Below are positions 46,330 to 58,900 of a stretch of DNA of 64,000 bases, piece after piece (within the stretch, counting starts at the first letter, position 1; every line of letters starts with the position of its first letter). The translations under genes and the position numbers were made by a program. The stretch comes from Lingula anatina (Eukaryota; Animalia; Brachiopoda). The stretch covers positions 45,424,788 through 45,488,787 of the forward strand of contig CM120640.1 in NCBI GenBank assembly GCA_051362555.1, in the 5' to 3' direction. The notes under the pieces were generated by a model. It was not told where the DNA came from, searched no databases, and saw nothing but the letters and a program-made list of their open reading frames with translations.

Positions 46330-47620
46330 CATGGCTTTCATTAAGAGATATTTTTCAGGGGTGTTAACTTTTTAAAGTAAACTATATGCCCTAAGTGTAC
46401 TATAGTCATCACTTTAATATATATTTCAGGTCTTTCCAAAATAGTTCATCAATCTTATTGTTGATAGTATCGCTCAGGTTTTCAAAAGTATCTAGCGTTT
46501 GTGCATCAGTTTTATGACCAAGACCCCAACATTGTATAAATGTTCTAATTGATCCAGACCAACATGCAGGCTTCTTTTTCTTTTTGCTCTTGTTCATAAA
46601 ATGACGTTTTTGACCAGTCTGTTGGAAAGCAGTTCTTTCAGTCTGGCGCTGTATCTCTGTGTCTGTTTTACAACATCAGAGTAGAGTGGAAATCTTCCAA
46701 ATTCAGCTCTACAGACATTGTTCATAGATTTTTCCATACACCTTGTGCCCATTTGCACATTTTTAGGTGTAGTTGTTCAAAAGGCAATTTATTTAATTTT
46801 GAAAGTGCTTGATGATTTTGTCAAAGAGTTTTAAATTGAGTGGGGGAGATGATATCTTGTTTGAGGACAGGGCTGCTTTAAGAGCAAAATTGTATTTAGA
46901 GCCTTTTTCTTTAAATTTTCAATTGCTTTTTTCATTGAACCTGTATTTGTAAAGATTAAACCCAGATAATTGTACTCTTTTACTGATTCAATGACTGCAT
47001 TATTAAATATCACACCTTGAAAATGGGTAGTGTGGTCTGATCTACCAGTGAATTCAGGATCATTCGGTGCCAAGTCTGGTAGTTGGGCAGGCCTGTAGAT
47101 TATCCCCTTAGCAAATTCCCAGTCTTGATAAAAATGGGATTGTGTAGCCTTCACCTACCGAGATGCCTAATCTGGTTTTACTATACATGCTTTTTGTGAC
47201 ACAATAGAATTTGCCTCGAATCCCGAGTTTTAGCGGTTTCAGTAAAAGTCCCTTGTGCCACACTGAATCAAAGGCTTTAATTCTCATGTCAATGAAACAT
47301 GCATATAGTTTTTTGTTTTGATTGAGATACCTGTTGACTAGTGATTTCAGAGTGAAGATATGATCTGTTGTTCTATAACCTGGCCTGAAGCCTGCTTGCT
47401 CTTCGCTTAATTTGTTTTCATTGTTAATATGTTGAATGAGCCTGTGTGCTAAAACTGAATTAAATAATTTCCTAAGCAACTAGTTATGCAAAGGCCTCTA
47501 TAGTTTTCAGAGTTCATATGCTCTCCTGATTTAAAGAGTAGAATTATAATTCCTAGGTTCCATGATGCAGGGATTTCAGATGTATTGAGCACCATGCTAA
47601 ATAATTTAGTGACATAATCA
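46330..47620 (-). mobile_element. Decayed non-LTR retrotransposon (LINE, CR1/L2-group-like) reverse transcriptase fragment
   Basis: Minus-strand translation NYRGLCITSCLGKLFNSVL, EEQAGFRPGYRTTDHIFTL, ACFIDM..KAFDSVWHKGLL, GIC*GDNL, VKEYNYLGLIF. Frameshifts and stops are present and the YADD region is missing. Confidence 0.9.
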
Positions 47621-50545
47621 TAATCATCTATGTTGACATAATCATAATCATCTGTCAGACATAATCATCGATGTTGTTTAACTCAGATCATGGGACAAAC
47701 CTTATGATGGAAGTGTGTGCTTGCATCAAGATGACCAATGCAATGATTTGCCTTCACAACATGATATTGGTCAATGTAGAGCTATTCATCTGAAAAACAA
47801 TTTCTATAAACTATCAAGCTAATTGCCATCATGCTATACATGTAATAATAGTAGCAATCACTATAATGGATTCAATGATTCAACTGGCAATTGGTAACAT
47901 TGGGTTTGCTAAAAGACAGGTTATGTTGATGGGTCACGTGTGAGTGTGTTTTGTCAAACAGAAATTTCAGTTTTTTAATATATATAAATTTTTAAGGAAC
48001 TATGTGAGGTTTTGGGCTAAATAAAAAAAAATAATGACAGTAAATAGATTAAAAAGTCTGGAAATTATTTGTTCAGTCCAGATGATGTTAATTAAGATAA
48101 ATTATTAAGCACCTTATTTGTTTAAGTAGATCCAATTGACGTCTTGTTTCCACTGTTTTTTAGCTTTCCATATGACTTTGGAATTTGTTCTGTAAGTTGA
48201 TAGCCAAGGTTTACTTGTTATTTATCTAGATGACAGATGCTTGTGATAATTTATGTCTATGTGTGTTTGTTATTGTGTGTGTATTGATTGTATTACATTA
48301 TAAAAAAGATGAGGTACATAAACTGCACACATGTATGTGAAATAAATAATTGCAAGGTGTTTGTGGTGCTCAGCAATTTTAACTGTTTTTTTCTTTTGTT
48401 CAAAAATGATAAAATTTGAGACTTAGCATAAATAAATTGATTATGCAAAAAAAAAAAAAAAAAAAAAAAACCAATTACACTTTTAATGCAGAATGTTTGA
48501 TAAGCTTAAAAAATGTCAGTATGTATATATAAGAAGTCACATGACAGGTACTACTTTTAAGGAATTTAAATATCATCCGGACATAATATATACGTAGTTA
48601 TATTAATTATGAATACAACTACATATATATATACTAGTATTTTATATTTTGAAGAATTTTTTGAATGAGTGACAATGTATCACTTTTAATTCTCTACACT
48701 GAACAAGATTACGACTCATCACTTAAAAGACAATTGCACATTCTCAAGTGAATTACTTATATTACTCATTTAACACTGGGTAATAAAGCAATTGATATTC
48801 TGGCTGAGGTTTTAGCATGACTGCCATCCCAAGCTGTGATTGGCATCTGACCCAGAAGCACAGGTCACAGCTTATCACATATGCAAAGTCTTGCCAGGCA
48901 GTTGTTCCAGAAGCAAAACTGTACTCTGCACCAGGATACAACTCCAGCTGAAAAGCAGCTGGCAAGAATGTTGGATACTAGACTTACACTCAAAGACACA
49001 CTGAAGGGACTGAGTAGGAGGTGCTGAAAGTTTTTAAGAACTTCATAAACCCAAGAAAATATCCAACCAATTTCTTGCATCTATGGATTGTGTTATGTTA
49101 ATATGATACCAATACTGAAAACATCTTTGAGAACATTTAGAACAGGATGACTTCAACTATAGGAGAATGAGCCAGCGCAAAAACAACTGGCAAAACAGCC
49201 CTAAGTGAACCTGTTGTGTTTGTACAAACCATTGAGTTTTTAAACCAGTTGAGGATAGGCACACATGATTGGAAGACATAAAGGCAGTGGATGCATTTCA
49301 AGTTGGCCTGAATTCCATCCAATAGATATTTAAACTTCCAGTGAAGAACACGCACAGTAATGCTGTTTTTGTTATAAAATCTTTGCATATGTGTTGTTTA
49401 GAAGGATATAGTTTTTGTCTTCAAAAGAGCAGACTGATGCAGTCAGCTCATCATATCTTTCACACATAAGACTACCAGAGACACTGACAGTTGCGGGAGG
49501 CTGAATATTTCATCAAATCAACTGGGAACTTTGATTGTTACAGAAACTATCATGTATATTTTAAAAAAAGAGCTGTGACTGGTAGATTCATTCTTTTCAA
49601 TCATTGAAAATTTACAGTTTTAAGAAAAGTTAATTTGAGTCAGTGACATCAGCAAAACAGAAGAATTTGATACATGTGGGAGAGAATTTAACCAACACTA
49701 AACTAGAGGAATAGGAATGCATATATGATCTGTTTTGACCAACACAAACATTACAGCTACAGGTGGCTGTAGAAAATGCACTAAGGGAAATCCTACATGA
49801 GTCAAGTTTGTATAAAAAACAAATTTATACAATATGAGAACATAATTTGTAATTTGGTGTGTGTTTGTTATGTACCTTTGTATTTGTGTCTATGTTGGGG
49901 GGAGGGGGCTAGGGTATTTACGTTTTCTAATTAGGTTTGTTATCTGCATACAATACTTATGTACTTGTTTTCTAAATGTGATGGTGATGCTTGATATTAC
50001 ACTGTTCATGGCTGCTGTATATACTTGGCAATATGTAATCTTAAAAAAAAAGTTTATTAGAGTTGACCATTGTCAGATTACTTTCCAGACAATGTAAGAA
50101 GATTAACATGATTTGCAAACCTCGTCAGATAGCCAGGGAGTTAATTGCATTTTGTGTCTTCATAGAGAAAGAATGTATATCTGGATTTATATAAATAATC
50201 TATATAATATGTCTTAGTGTGGATTAAAGCAACACTTATCCTGTAAGCTAGACACAGTAATCTGCCTTTCTTGGAGATAACAACAAGCAGACACCACAGA
50301 CTGAAAGTGAATTTCATGCTGAGATACATTCTAGAGAGCATATGAGGACCTGGGAAAAAACATCTTGCAACTCAGCCATGTTGCTTAGTTATGGGGAAAA
50401 CAACTAGTATATCTAATTAATTTTGTCATGAAAACATGACTATTGTATAAAAAAATTGAATGTGTCAGACTGTGTTATAAAGTGATCTGATACATATATA
50501 TTTTATTTTCAGAATACAAATGATTTTCTAAGCTGTCCAGGGAGA

Positions 50546-50832
50546 AGACATCACAAACTGATTTTTGTCAAGGGTGATCCTGCATAATGGACCTCTACTT
50601 TGTTTGTAAGTAAAGACTTTGGGTTTTGAGTGTGTGTAGTTCTCTTTATTTTCATTGTTTACAAGTTTTCCATTTTTACTTGCATTACAAGACATCACAA
50701 ACTGATTTTTGTTAAGGGTGATCCTGCATTATGGACCTCTACTTTGTTTGTAAGTAAAGACTTTGGGTTTTGAGTGTGTGTAGTTCTCTTTATCTTCATT
50801 GTTTACAAGTTTTCCATTTTTACTTGCATTAT
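50546..50832. repeat. 144-bp tandem duplication spanning the PTP start codon and first splice donor
   Basis: aagacatcacaaactg...ATGgacctctactttgttt|gtaagt...cttgcatta occurs twice; ATGs at 50587 and 50731. Confidence 0.92.
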
Positions 50833-51119
50833 AAGTTGTTTTGCCAGATGGTTTAAATAATAATTAATTGTTTTCCCTCTGGAAATTCTTATTTTTATGC
50901 AAGACTTAGTTTCTGGTTTTTCTTCTTTGCTGGGAATACCATATGTCTTTTTCAATTGCACATTTCTAAATGATTACACTTAATTGTGTAGTATTCAAGA
51001 GAAAGATTAATTGTAATATTCTTCTTAGACTTTGGGTTTTGAGTGTTGTAGTTTATCACTACAGAAGATACAGAAGAAATACACACACTCAAAATCCAAA
51101 ATCTATAGTCTAAGAAGTC

Positions 51120-51200
<81 letters not shown>

Positions 51201-54200
51201 TTTGGGAACATTTAGTAGTCACAGTAGTTCTCTTTATCAGAATTATTTATCAGTGAACAAAGATAATGAATGTAACACCGGTAGGAATGTTGTTAGAAAA
51301 TGTGAAAATTATCGCACAATAATTATACAAGGCTATTTTACCAAGGTTAGTGCATTTAAGGATTGTTGTCTAAAGAATAAATTTAAATGGAATGCGCAGT
51401 ATTAGCCAGTGCTGTTTAAACTTACGTTTTTTAATCAAAACCAAAGGAACTTAAAACTATTTATTTATGTAGTTGTGAAACTCAGATGTGAATTAAGCTG
51501 TCAACTTGAGGGTGCAGTTGTAGTATAGTCTTTTGATGATTTGCTACAATTGCTTGCTGGAGCCATAAACTACTTGATGCCAGTAACAGATATGTGTTTT
51601 CACATCACTTATCTTAACAACCTTGGTTAGAAGTTAGTGTGATACAAATAGATCATTGCTAAATGATTCATTGGTGATGTAGCATCACAAATATATGACT
51701 GGAAATGTTTATGTTATATATTGTATGATGAATGGGTGTTTTGTTATTTACTTAATACCAAGCAGCACCAACATTATCGACAAGATATATATATTGCTTG
51801 AATAGAATTTCTAGCACTTTTCCAGGGTCCTGACTTTGGGCACAAGCTAATTAATGTCCACACAATTAGAATATAATTAATCAATTAGGTAACAAAGATA
51901 ATTCTGTAATCTGGACAGATTTTGTTCATTAGTTAGTATTTTAAATGATTAGTGAAATAAGACTATAGCTCTCTTTCCAAGCAACCAAGTTATTGTGTTG
52001 ATTAATTCAGCTAAATTACCAAGACTTAGCCATGCATACAGGTTTTGCATGTAGAGTACCCAGTTACATAAGGGTTAATGTTGGGAGTCTTTCAAGATAT
52101 GTAAAAGCAGATTCATTTGCATATGAAGTGAAAAATAAAGTAACATATGGAAAAAAGTTGTGCTGACTGAAAAATAAACACTCATAAGTTACATTTTAAA
52201 TAACATTGCATAAAAAGAGAACAACAGGTGACAAAAAATGCAATTTACCTATGAAACATTTTCAGTAGAAAACAGAACTTTAGAATTGGTACTTTAGCTT
52301 CTGAACATTTATCTTACAGGCAATTATACCGGTGTATTGATTCAGCTGTATTATAAGTGCTCTTCCTCAGGCTTGTTTAATGACACTGTTTGTTGGAATA
52401 AATAGGCTGTTTTTAGCTCAAGTTCCCTTTCATTTCATTTATATTTGATAAAGAACATATCTCAGACTCCAAAGGGAAATGTTAATAATTGACATATTCT
52501 GGTATTTTGGTGTGTTGGGAAGTAAATTGAAAATGCTGACACTATGATAACTGTACAGGTGGATCTAGTTTAGCCTGAAAAAGGTGAACTGCATTGACAT
52601 TAAATACCTGCCTTTATCAGAATGAGTGAGATAAAAGAAATGGAATATTGTTTGCATATGTGCTGAGGTGATGAAAGATTTAGTGAGAAATAATATCATC
52701 AACAGATTTATATTTTACTTAAGGCCACCAAACCAACACCTAACATACTTTTAAGTTAGAAAAGTGCCAACTTGATGGATAGAACATATTAATTAAATAA
52801 TTTGGAACAATTCTTTACTTTTAATGTGCATTTATCTTCATTATTTACAACTTTTTCCATTTTTACTTGCATTATAAGTTGTTTTGCCAGATGGTTTAAA
52901 TAATGCTTGTTTTCTCTCTAGAAATTCTCATTTTTATGCAAGACTCAGTTTTTGGTTTTTCTTCTTCACTGGAAATACCATATATCTTTTTTCAATTGCA
53001 CATTTTCCAAATGATTACACCTTGTAATGTAGTATTCAAGAGAAAGAGTATTTGTAAAGTTCTTCTGCTTCATTTTAGGTGTTATTTTATGCTTGATAGC
53101 TCCAAGTTCTTCAGAGATTATGGAAAACATTTCCAGCATTAGCTTGGCCTTTTTGTCTGGTGGGAAGCAAGAACATGGGGTACCTATGAGCATGACCGGC
53201 AATGAAAACAGGACCTCATCTGTGAATATGACCACAAATGAAAATGTTATTGTATCAGCAAGTGCATCCGGGTACACACCCACCAAAGTTGAAAAATTTG
53301 CTGTAAGTCAGAGCAAGGAAATGAATACTTTCACCATAGCGCCAGCCAGTGACAGCACAGGATCTGGTCCCAGTTTATTTATGCATACAAATCTTGTAGA
53401 CAGTGGTTTGGATCAACAATCTGTAACAGTGTCCAGAGTGTTTTCAGGATCAGATTACATTGGTTCATATAATCCAGCTGAGTACAAAACAACTGGAGTC
53501 ACTACTAGTTGTAGGGCTGAAACAGTGCAAGTACATGGAGATTTGTTCACAGGGATTGTGAAGCCAAATTCAGCAACCTCCATTTCCTCAATAGCCAGAG
53601 CTGAAAAAGTACCAACTGCTGTATCGACCATTCCCCATATTTACAATCATGTTACCATGTCTCCTGAAAAGTTCTCTTTAACTGAGAGTATGGGAACATA
53701 TACATATCCAGTTGTCAGTTCTACCATTCCGTTTTCTACACTTTCCTCAGATGTAATTGCATCTAGTTTTACTGAGGCAATGGTTGGTGCATCATTAACA
53801 ATAAGGCAAAATAGAACCATGACAACCAACATTCAGGTTTCTATTCCAATGGATAATACAACTACTCCAATGGCTAATTATCTGTCTGGTGAGCCACAGA
53901 AACAACAGAACTCAGCATCCCAAACCCACAGCGCCCACCACCTTCAGGCATCCTTCTCCTCCTTTGCATCAGTGTCTTCTCAGTTGGCTACAGTCACCAT
54001 GGTATCAACAGCAGCTGGGGATGATTTGTCAACATCAGCATCAACATTTGTATCAGACCTTGATTCAGCTTCATCATCCTCTGTTGCCAATGTTAGTCCT
54101 CAGGAGGCTATTACCACAGATAATACAATTAATAAGGAAACAGAGAAAACACTGCCCACCAAAGTGGTTAAAAGTGACCAGGTCACTACACCCACTCCAA

Positions 54201-55958
54201 CACCATTTGAGACCACTCCAGTTGATGGCAAAGTAGATTCTGGCAAAGAACCTGAAAAAGGAAGAAATGTTACACCTGAACCTGATGCAAAAACTAGAAC
54301 TGAAAGTACTCTGATTACCATAGCAACTGTTGCTAGGCAGCCAACAACTTTAACAACAACAACTGCAACAACAACCACAACACATAGGTTGATAACTACA
54401 CTGGGGGTAAATTTACCACTACGGACAACACCTTTCGTGCCTTCAACAGGGAAACCTAAATATGTAACAAAATCAGCACTGAGGAAGGTAACAATAAAGC
54501 CCAAACCTTCCACTCTAATCACTTCAACATCAAAACTACTGCAAGTGACTACTCCAATTGCCAAAGATGCCCTCCCACCTATTTATATATCACTAGTGCT
54601 GAAAATGACTTGGACAGAATTTTGCTGCCAGAGAGAAGAATTTCAGTCTTTGATGTCAAAAGCCATTGAACTTACAATTGATAGGTCTATAAAAGGAATG
54701 CAAGTGGTCATCCTGAATATGTACATATGTAAACAAATGAATATAATTTTTAAGAGGTCTGCAGTGATAGATGTCGAGTTTTACTTAACGAATGAGAGAG
54801 GTGAATTCAGCTTTTACCTGACGGAAAAATGTTATGGTCTTCTTGAGAGTGGGTTCCAAGTAACAGGTGGATCAACATCATTCAAAGACAGGGTATGTTA
54901 CCATTATTGTTTGAGTTTGATTGAATTAACAGGTTAATTCTGTTATATTATTTATAATTAGGGATCATGGTTTGCTGTACCATTTTTAAAACTTGATTGT
55001 CAATCATGATATATGTATTTCTGCAAACCAGTTCTTTAAAATGGAGTCCTTGATCTTTCATGATATTGGACCTTTGAAGAGTAATAGATTTTTTACATGG
55101 TATTTATCTTTGGCATTTGTAATACTACTATTTATGTAATGTATATTATGTGGATCACTGGAAGTTGCACGAGGTTTACATGTACATTATAACAGTTTCA
55201 GTTTTATCATTGCACCACTGAGCACTAGTAATTGTTATTCATATTTCCACCCAATGCAAATAGTAGTCTACATCTTGAAATTGTTTTTAGACTATATATT
55301 ATTCTAATATTACTTAGACCCTAATCTTATTAAAAAGTAGAATGAATAGAATAAATTTTTTCTTGAGAAAAATTGGATAATTGGTACAAAAGTTCTGTAT
55401 ACAATACCTTTAAATCTTATTGAGTGGACAGAAAATAGTTTTATTTTCAAATTCCTAATTCTCAAAGTGAATTCACTACTTAATTGTTTATCATATAATT
55501 TAAAACAGAATAATGTCTGAAATGAAAATTAATACCAATAGCACTAAAAATAAATGATGTATGTGTAAATGCATTAAGTTGGTAATTTTGAAATGCTATA
55601 AGTAAGAAACAAGCAAACACAATTCATGTTTTTCCATTAATTATGTTATAAAGATATGCATAGTCATGCCACAACCTGTTATTTTTTCTCCCCAGTTTCT
55701 TTCTTATACGCTCAAAGGTGAAAAGTCCAGTTCTGTGGCATCATCTTTCCAACAGACCCCCAACATGGCGACTGGTGTTATTGTTGCTATAGTGATAGCA
55801 TCTGTGGCTGGAGTGTGTTTTGTTTTGCTTATCATCCTCCAGGTAATAGTACAACAGGAAAATGTTTGTTTGTCTTTTCAGGTTGGGTTTAATTTATTTC
55901 TGCATGTAGGTTTCTTCTGTGGGTTTGAAAGTAATATGTATAACACATTGGGGTTGTA

Positions 55959-55991
<33 letters not shown>

Positions 55992-58900
55992 GCTTGATTT
56001 AGAAAGCAATTAACTTGCATATCATTGCTGTACACATAATTCAGTTGAACCTGAGATTACAAAAGGGCCTCACTGGTTTCCCAGCTGGACACTACTTTTC
56101 ATTTAATGCTTTTATATTCAATGTTGAGCTGTCATGCTGTAATAAATATAGGAACAGTTTTGAGTGGGAGTGCTGAAAGCTAATTTTTGGGACTACAAGC
56201 CAGCAATTTAGCTGCTCTTAGAAATTAAAAAAAAAAATTATCACTTCTTTGTGTTTTTAATACGTATGTGTAGGTTTTTACAATGCTTTATTGGTCTGAG
56301 TATACTGTACTTAGAACTATTTTATTTAAGATATTTAATAATTAAAATTACAATGTGATTGTGAAACGGGATTATCAGTGCATTGATAAAAATTTCTTTA
56401 CATTTTATTATCTTTGTAAGTGTAAGACCCCATTTCCAGAGATTAGATCGATCCAACTAGATCGACCTAACTCCCTAGGGGTTCACGCTAAATAGCTGTC
56501 GGCCGAGCGGGCACGAAAGTTAATCACCCCCTTACAGCTTGTAGTAGGTGGGACAGACATTTAAGCCGGATTATCTGACAGTAATCTAGTGAGACTCCCC
56601 ACGGGGATAGATCGATCTAAAATCTATGGGAATGCGCCCTAAGATTTAATTCATGCTGTTAAAAAATTATGGATTAGTTTTTTTAAATAACTTTGAATGG
56701 TTTTTTGAATTTTTGTTTTTGATTTTGTTATGCTAGCAAAGGATTGAGAAGGTAACTTTACGTGTATTGATTGAAAGATACTATTTAATTATTTTTCCAA
56801 AATAATTGCTTTAAAGTTTCAAAATAATGATTATAGAAATTTCAAAACAAGCAAAGATTCAAAATTTTTATCAAAGTAAAGAATTTTTCTCACCATGAAT
56901 TTATAAATTTCAGGTAGTTTTAAGGCGCCGAAGAGGTAAAACTATGCGCTCTTACTACAGCAAAGCTCAGCGATATTCTTATGATTCCCACAGCTTTGAT
57001 TCCATTTCTATGACGCAAATGTCGAAATTCCGTCGTTCAAAGAGGTTGTCATCTCGAGGCAATGGACGGTCAGCAGAATACTCTGGTTCTTCAGCTCGCC
57101 AGTCTGGGCGATCTGGAAATTCAGCTATGGGATATATTAACCAGGCATTGTTAACAGAAAAGGTATTGTGTTCATGCAGCTACCAAACAGGATATGAATA
57201 CTGAGTACAAATAAATAGTAAATAGTCTGTTGTATCCTATCTCTATTATACTATGCTGTACTTCCTATTTCATATTAAGATTTTTTAAAGAAAAATGGTT
57301 ATTTATCAACTGTTTGCACTATTTGTAATAATGATTATTGATAGCTGGTGTTTTTAAATATGTTAGTTTATATTTTCTAGGAGTGCCCTTCACATCCAGT
57401 CAACTTTGCAAATCTTGCCTCTCTTGTCAATGAGCCAGACTGTCTGGAAGCAGAATTTGAGGTAGACAAATTGCAAGCACCAAGTTGCTTTTAATATTTG
57501 CTGATCCATTACACCTATGTGTACTTCGTACAGTAAACACACATCAAGCTGGAACAAAACTTATTCAAAATATATTTTCCAAAACTGTTTTGTTAGGTAT
57601 ACTATGTTAAAACAGATTGGAACATTTTCAAGTTTTTTTTAATCAAATGAATATTATGTTTCTATAAGATAATTAAGATATTGGAATATGGCCTGTGAAA
57701 TGTGTGGGTAGGTACCGTATGTGGCATGCCATTCATTATTGATAGTCATGAGGCATTTAGCTCTCAGTTTTAGTACTTGTAATACAATAGTGGTAGTGGT
57801 AATATGATTATTGGAGAAAAAGCATGCGTTATCCTTGTTATCAAGATTTTCTATTATTGAATACTTTACGGTCCAGATTTATTTTTCACAATCTTGATGT
57901 CAGTGAAATCCAACAAAGTGTGATAAAGCAAACTGGGTTGTCCATTACTGTCAACATTAATTTGAATTTTAAAAGAAACCAAATCAATATCACCAGTTTG
58001 ATTGAGATATCACAAATGTAAGATGAATTCAGTAATTTTAAATCCATTTCATTGAAAATAAATTCTCAAATTTCAAATTATGAAAAAAAGTATGGTTGGA
58101 GGCCATGTTGGAGGTATTGTTCTTTAATCTCTTAGGAATAATGAAAAGTTGAATTTGTGATGTCACATTCTTTTACAACCCTTTTAAATAATTTACTCAA
58201 TTTGGCAATGTATTGTTTCAGTTACTACCCAACATCATGGCTAAGTTGTCAGAGGTGCCGGTGGGGGCAGAGGATAAGAACCGCTATGCCAATGTCATTC
58301 CCAGTAAGTAGAACAATATAATATTAGATACTACTTCATTTTGGACTAGTATTTTCAGAAATAAGGGTTATTCCCAGCTAGAAAAGAAGGAAAGGATTGT
58401 CTGGTTGTGATTGCAAATCTAACATTATAAGTATATAGAAGTCTTTTATAGTCTTTTGTGCATAGAGAATATTAAAGTTAACGTAGTTACATGTATAATG
58501 TAACTGTTATAAAAATGATTTGGCACTCTTTATATCCAATACTGTGTATAGTAGGTCTACAGGTAAGACCAGTTTTACTTAAGACCTTTGCTTTCAATTT
58601 AAAGACAGAACGTTTAAATTACCTAATTTAACAAATCAGTGGTGCTCCACCAGATTGGCCTGTTTTAGAAAATGTAAGAAATAGCATGTTTTAAACAGTA
58701 ACAATATTTTGGTCTTAAAGTTATTCAGTTTCTGACTTAAGTTTTCTTTTTGCACTCTCAATTACGTAATCACCAATCATATTTGATAAAGCTAAAGGTG
58801 CTGCTACTTTATTATATATAGTATCCAGTAATAAAATTGTTTTTTTTTTTCATTTTTAATCAGATCGTGATACTCGAGTTCCACTAGCTCCTATTCCTGG

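Noticed and set aside
48760-49560. Moderately GC-richer stretch with short minus-strand ORFs
   Set aside because: Stops in the frames I read and no recognisable motif; could be UTR, lncRNA or an old TE, but nothing is supportable.
50141-50341. Minus-strand ORF with a signal-peptide-like MKFTFSLWCLLVV
   Set aside because: Short hydrophobic stretch is expected by chance in AT-rich DNA; no downstream exons or motif.
53647-54564. Overlapping alternative-frame and antisense ORFs inside the large PTP exon
   Set aside because: Typical shadows of S/T-rich coding sequence.
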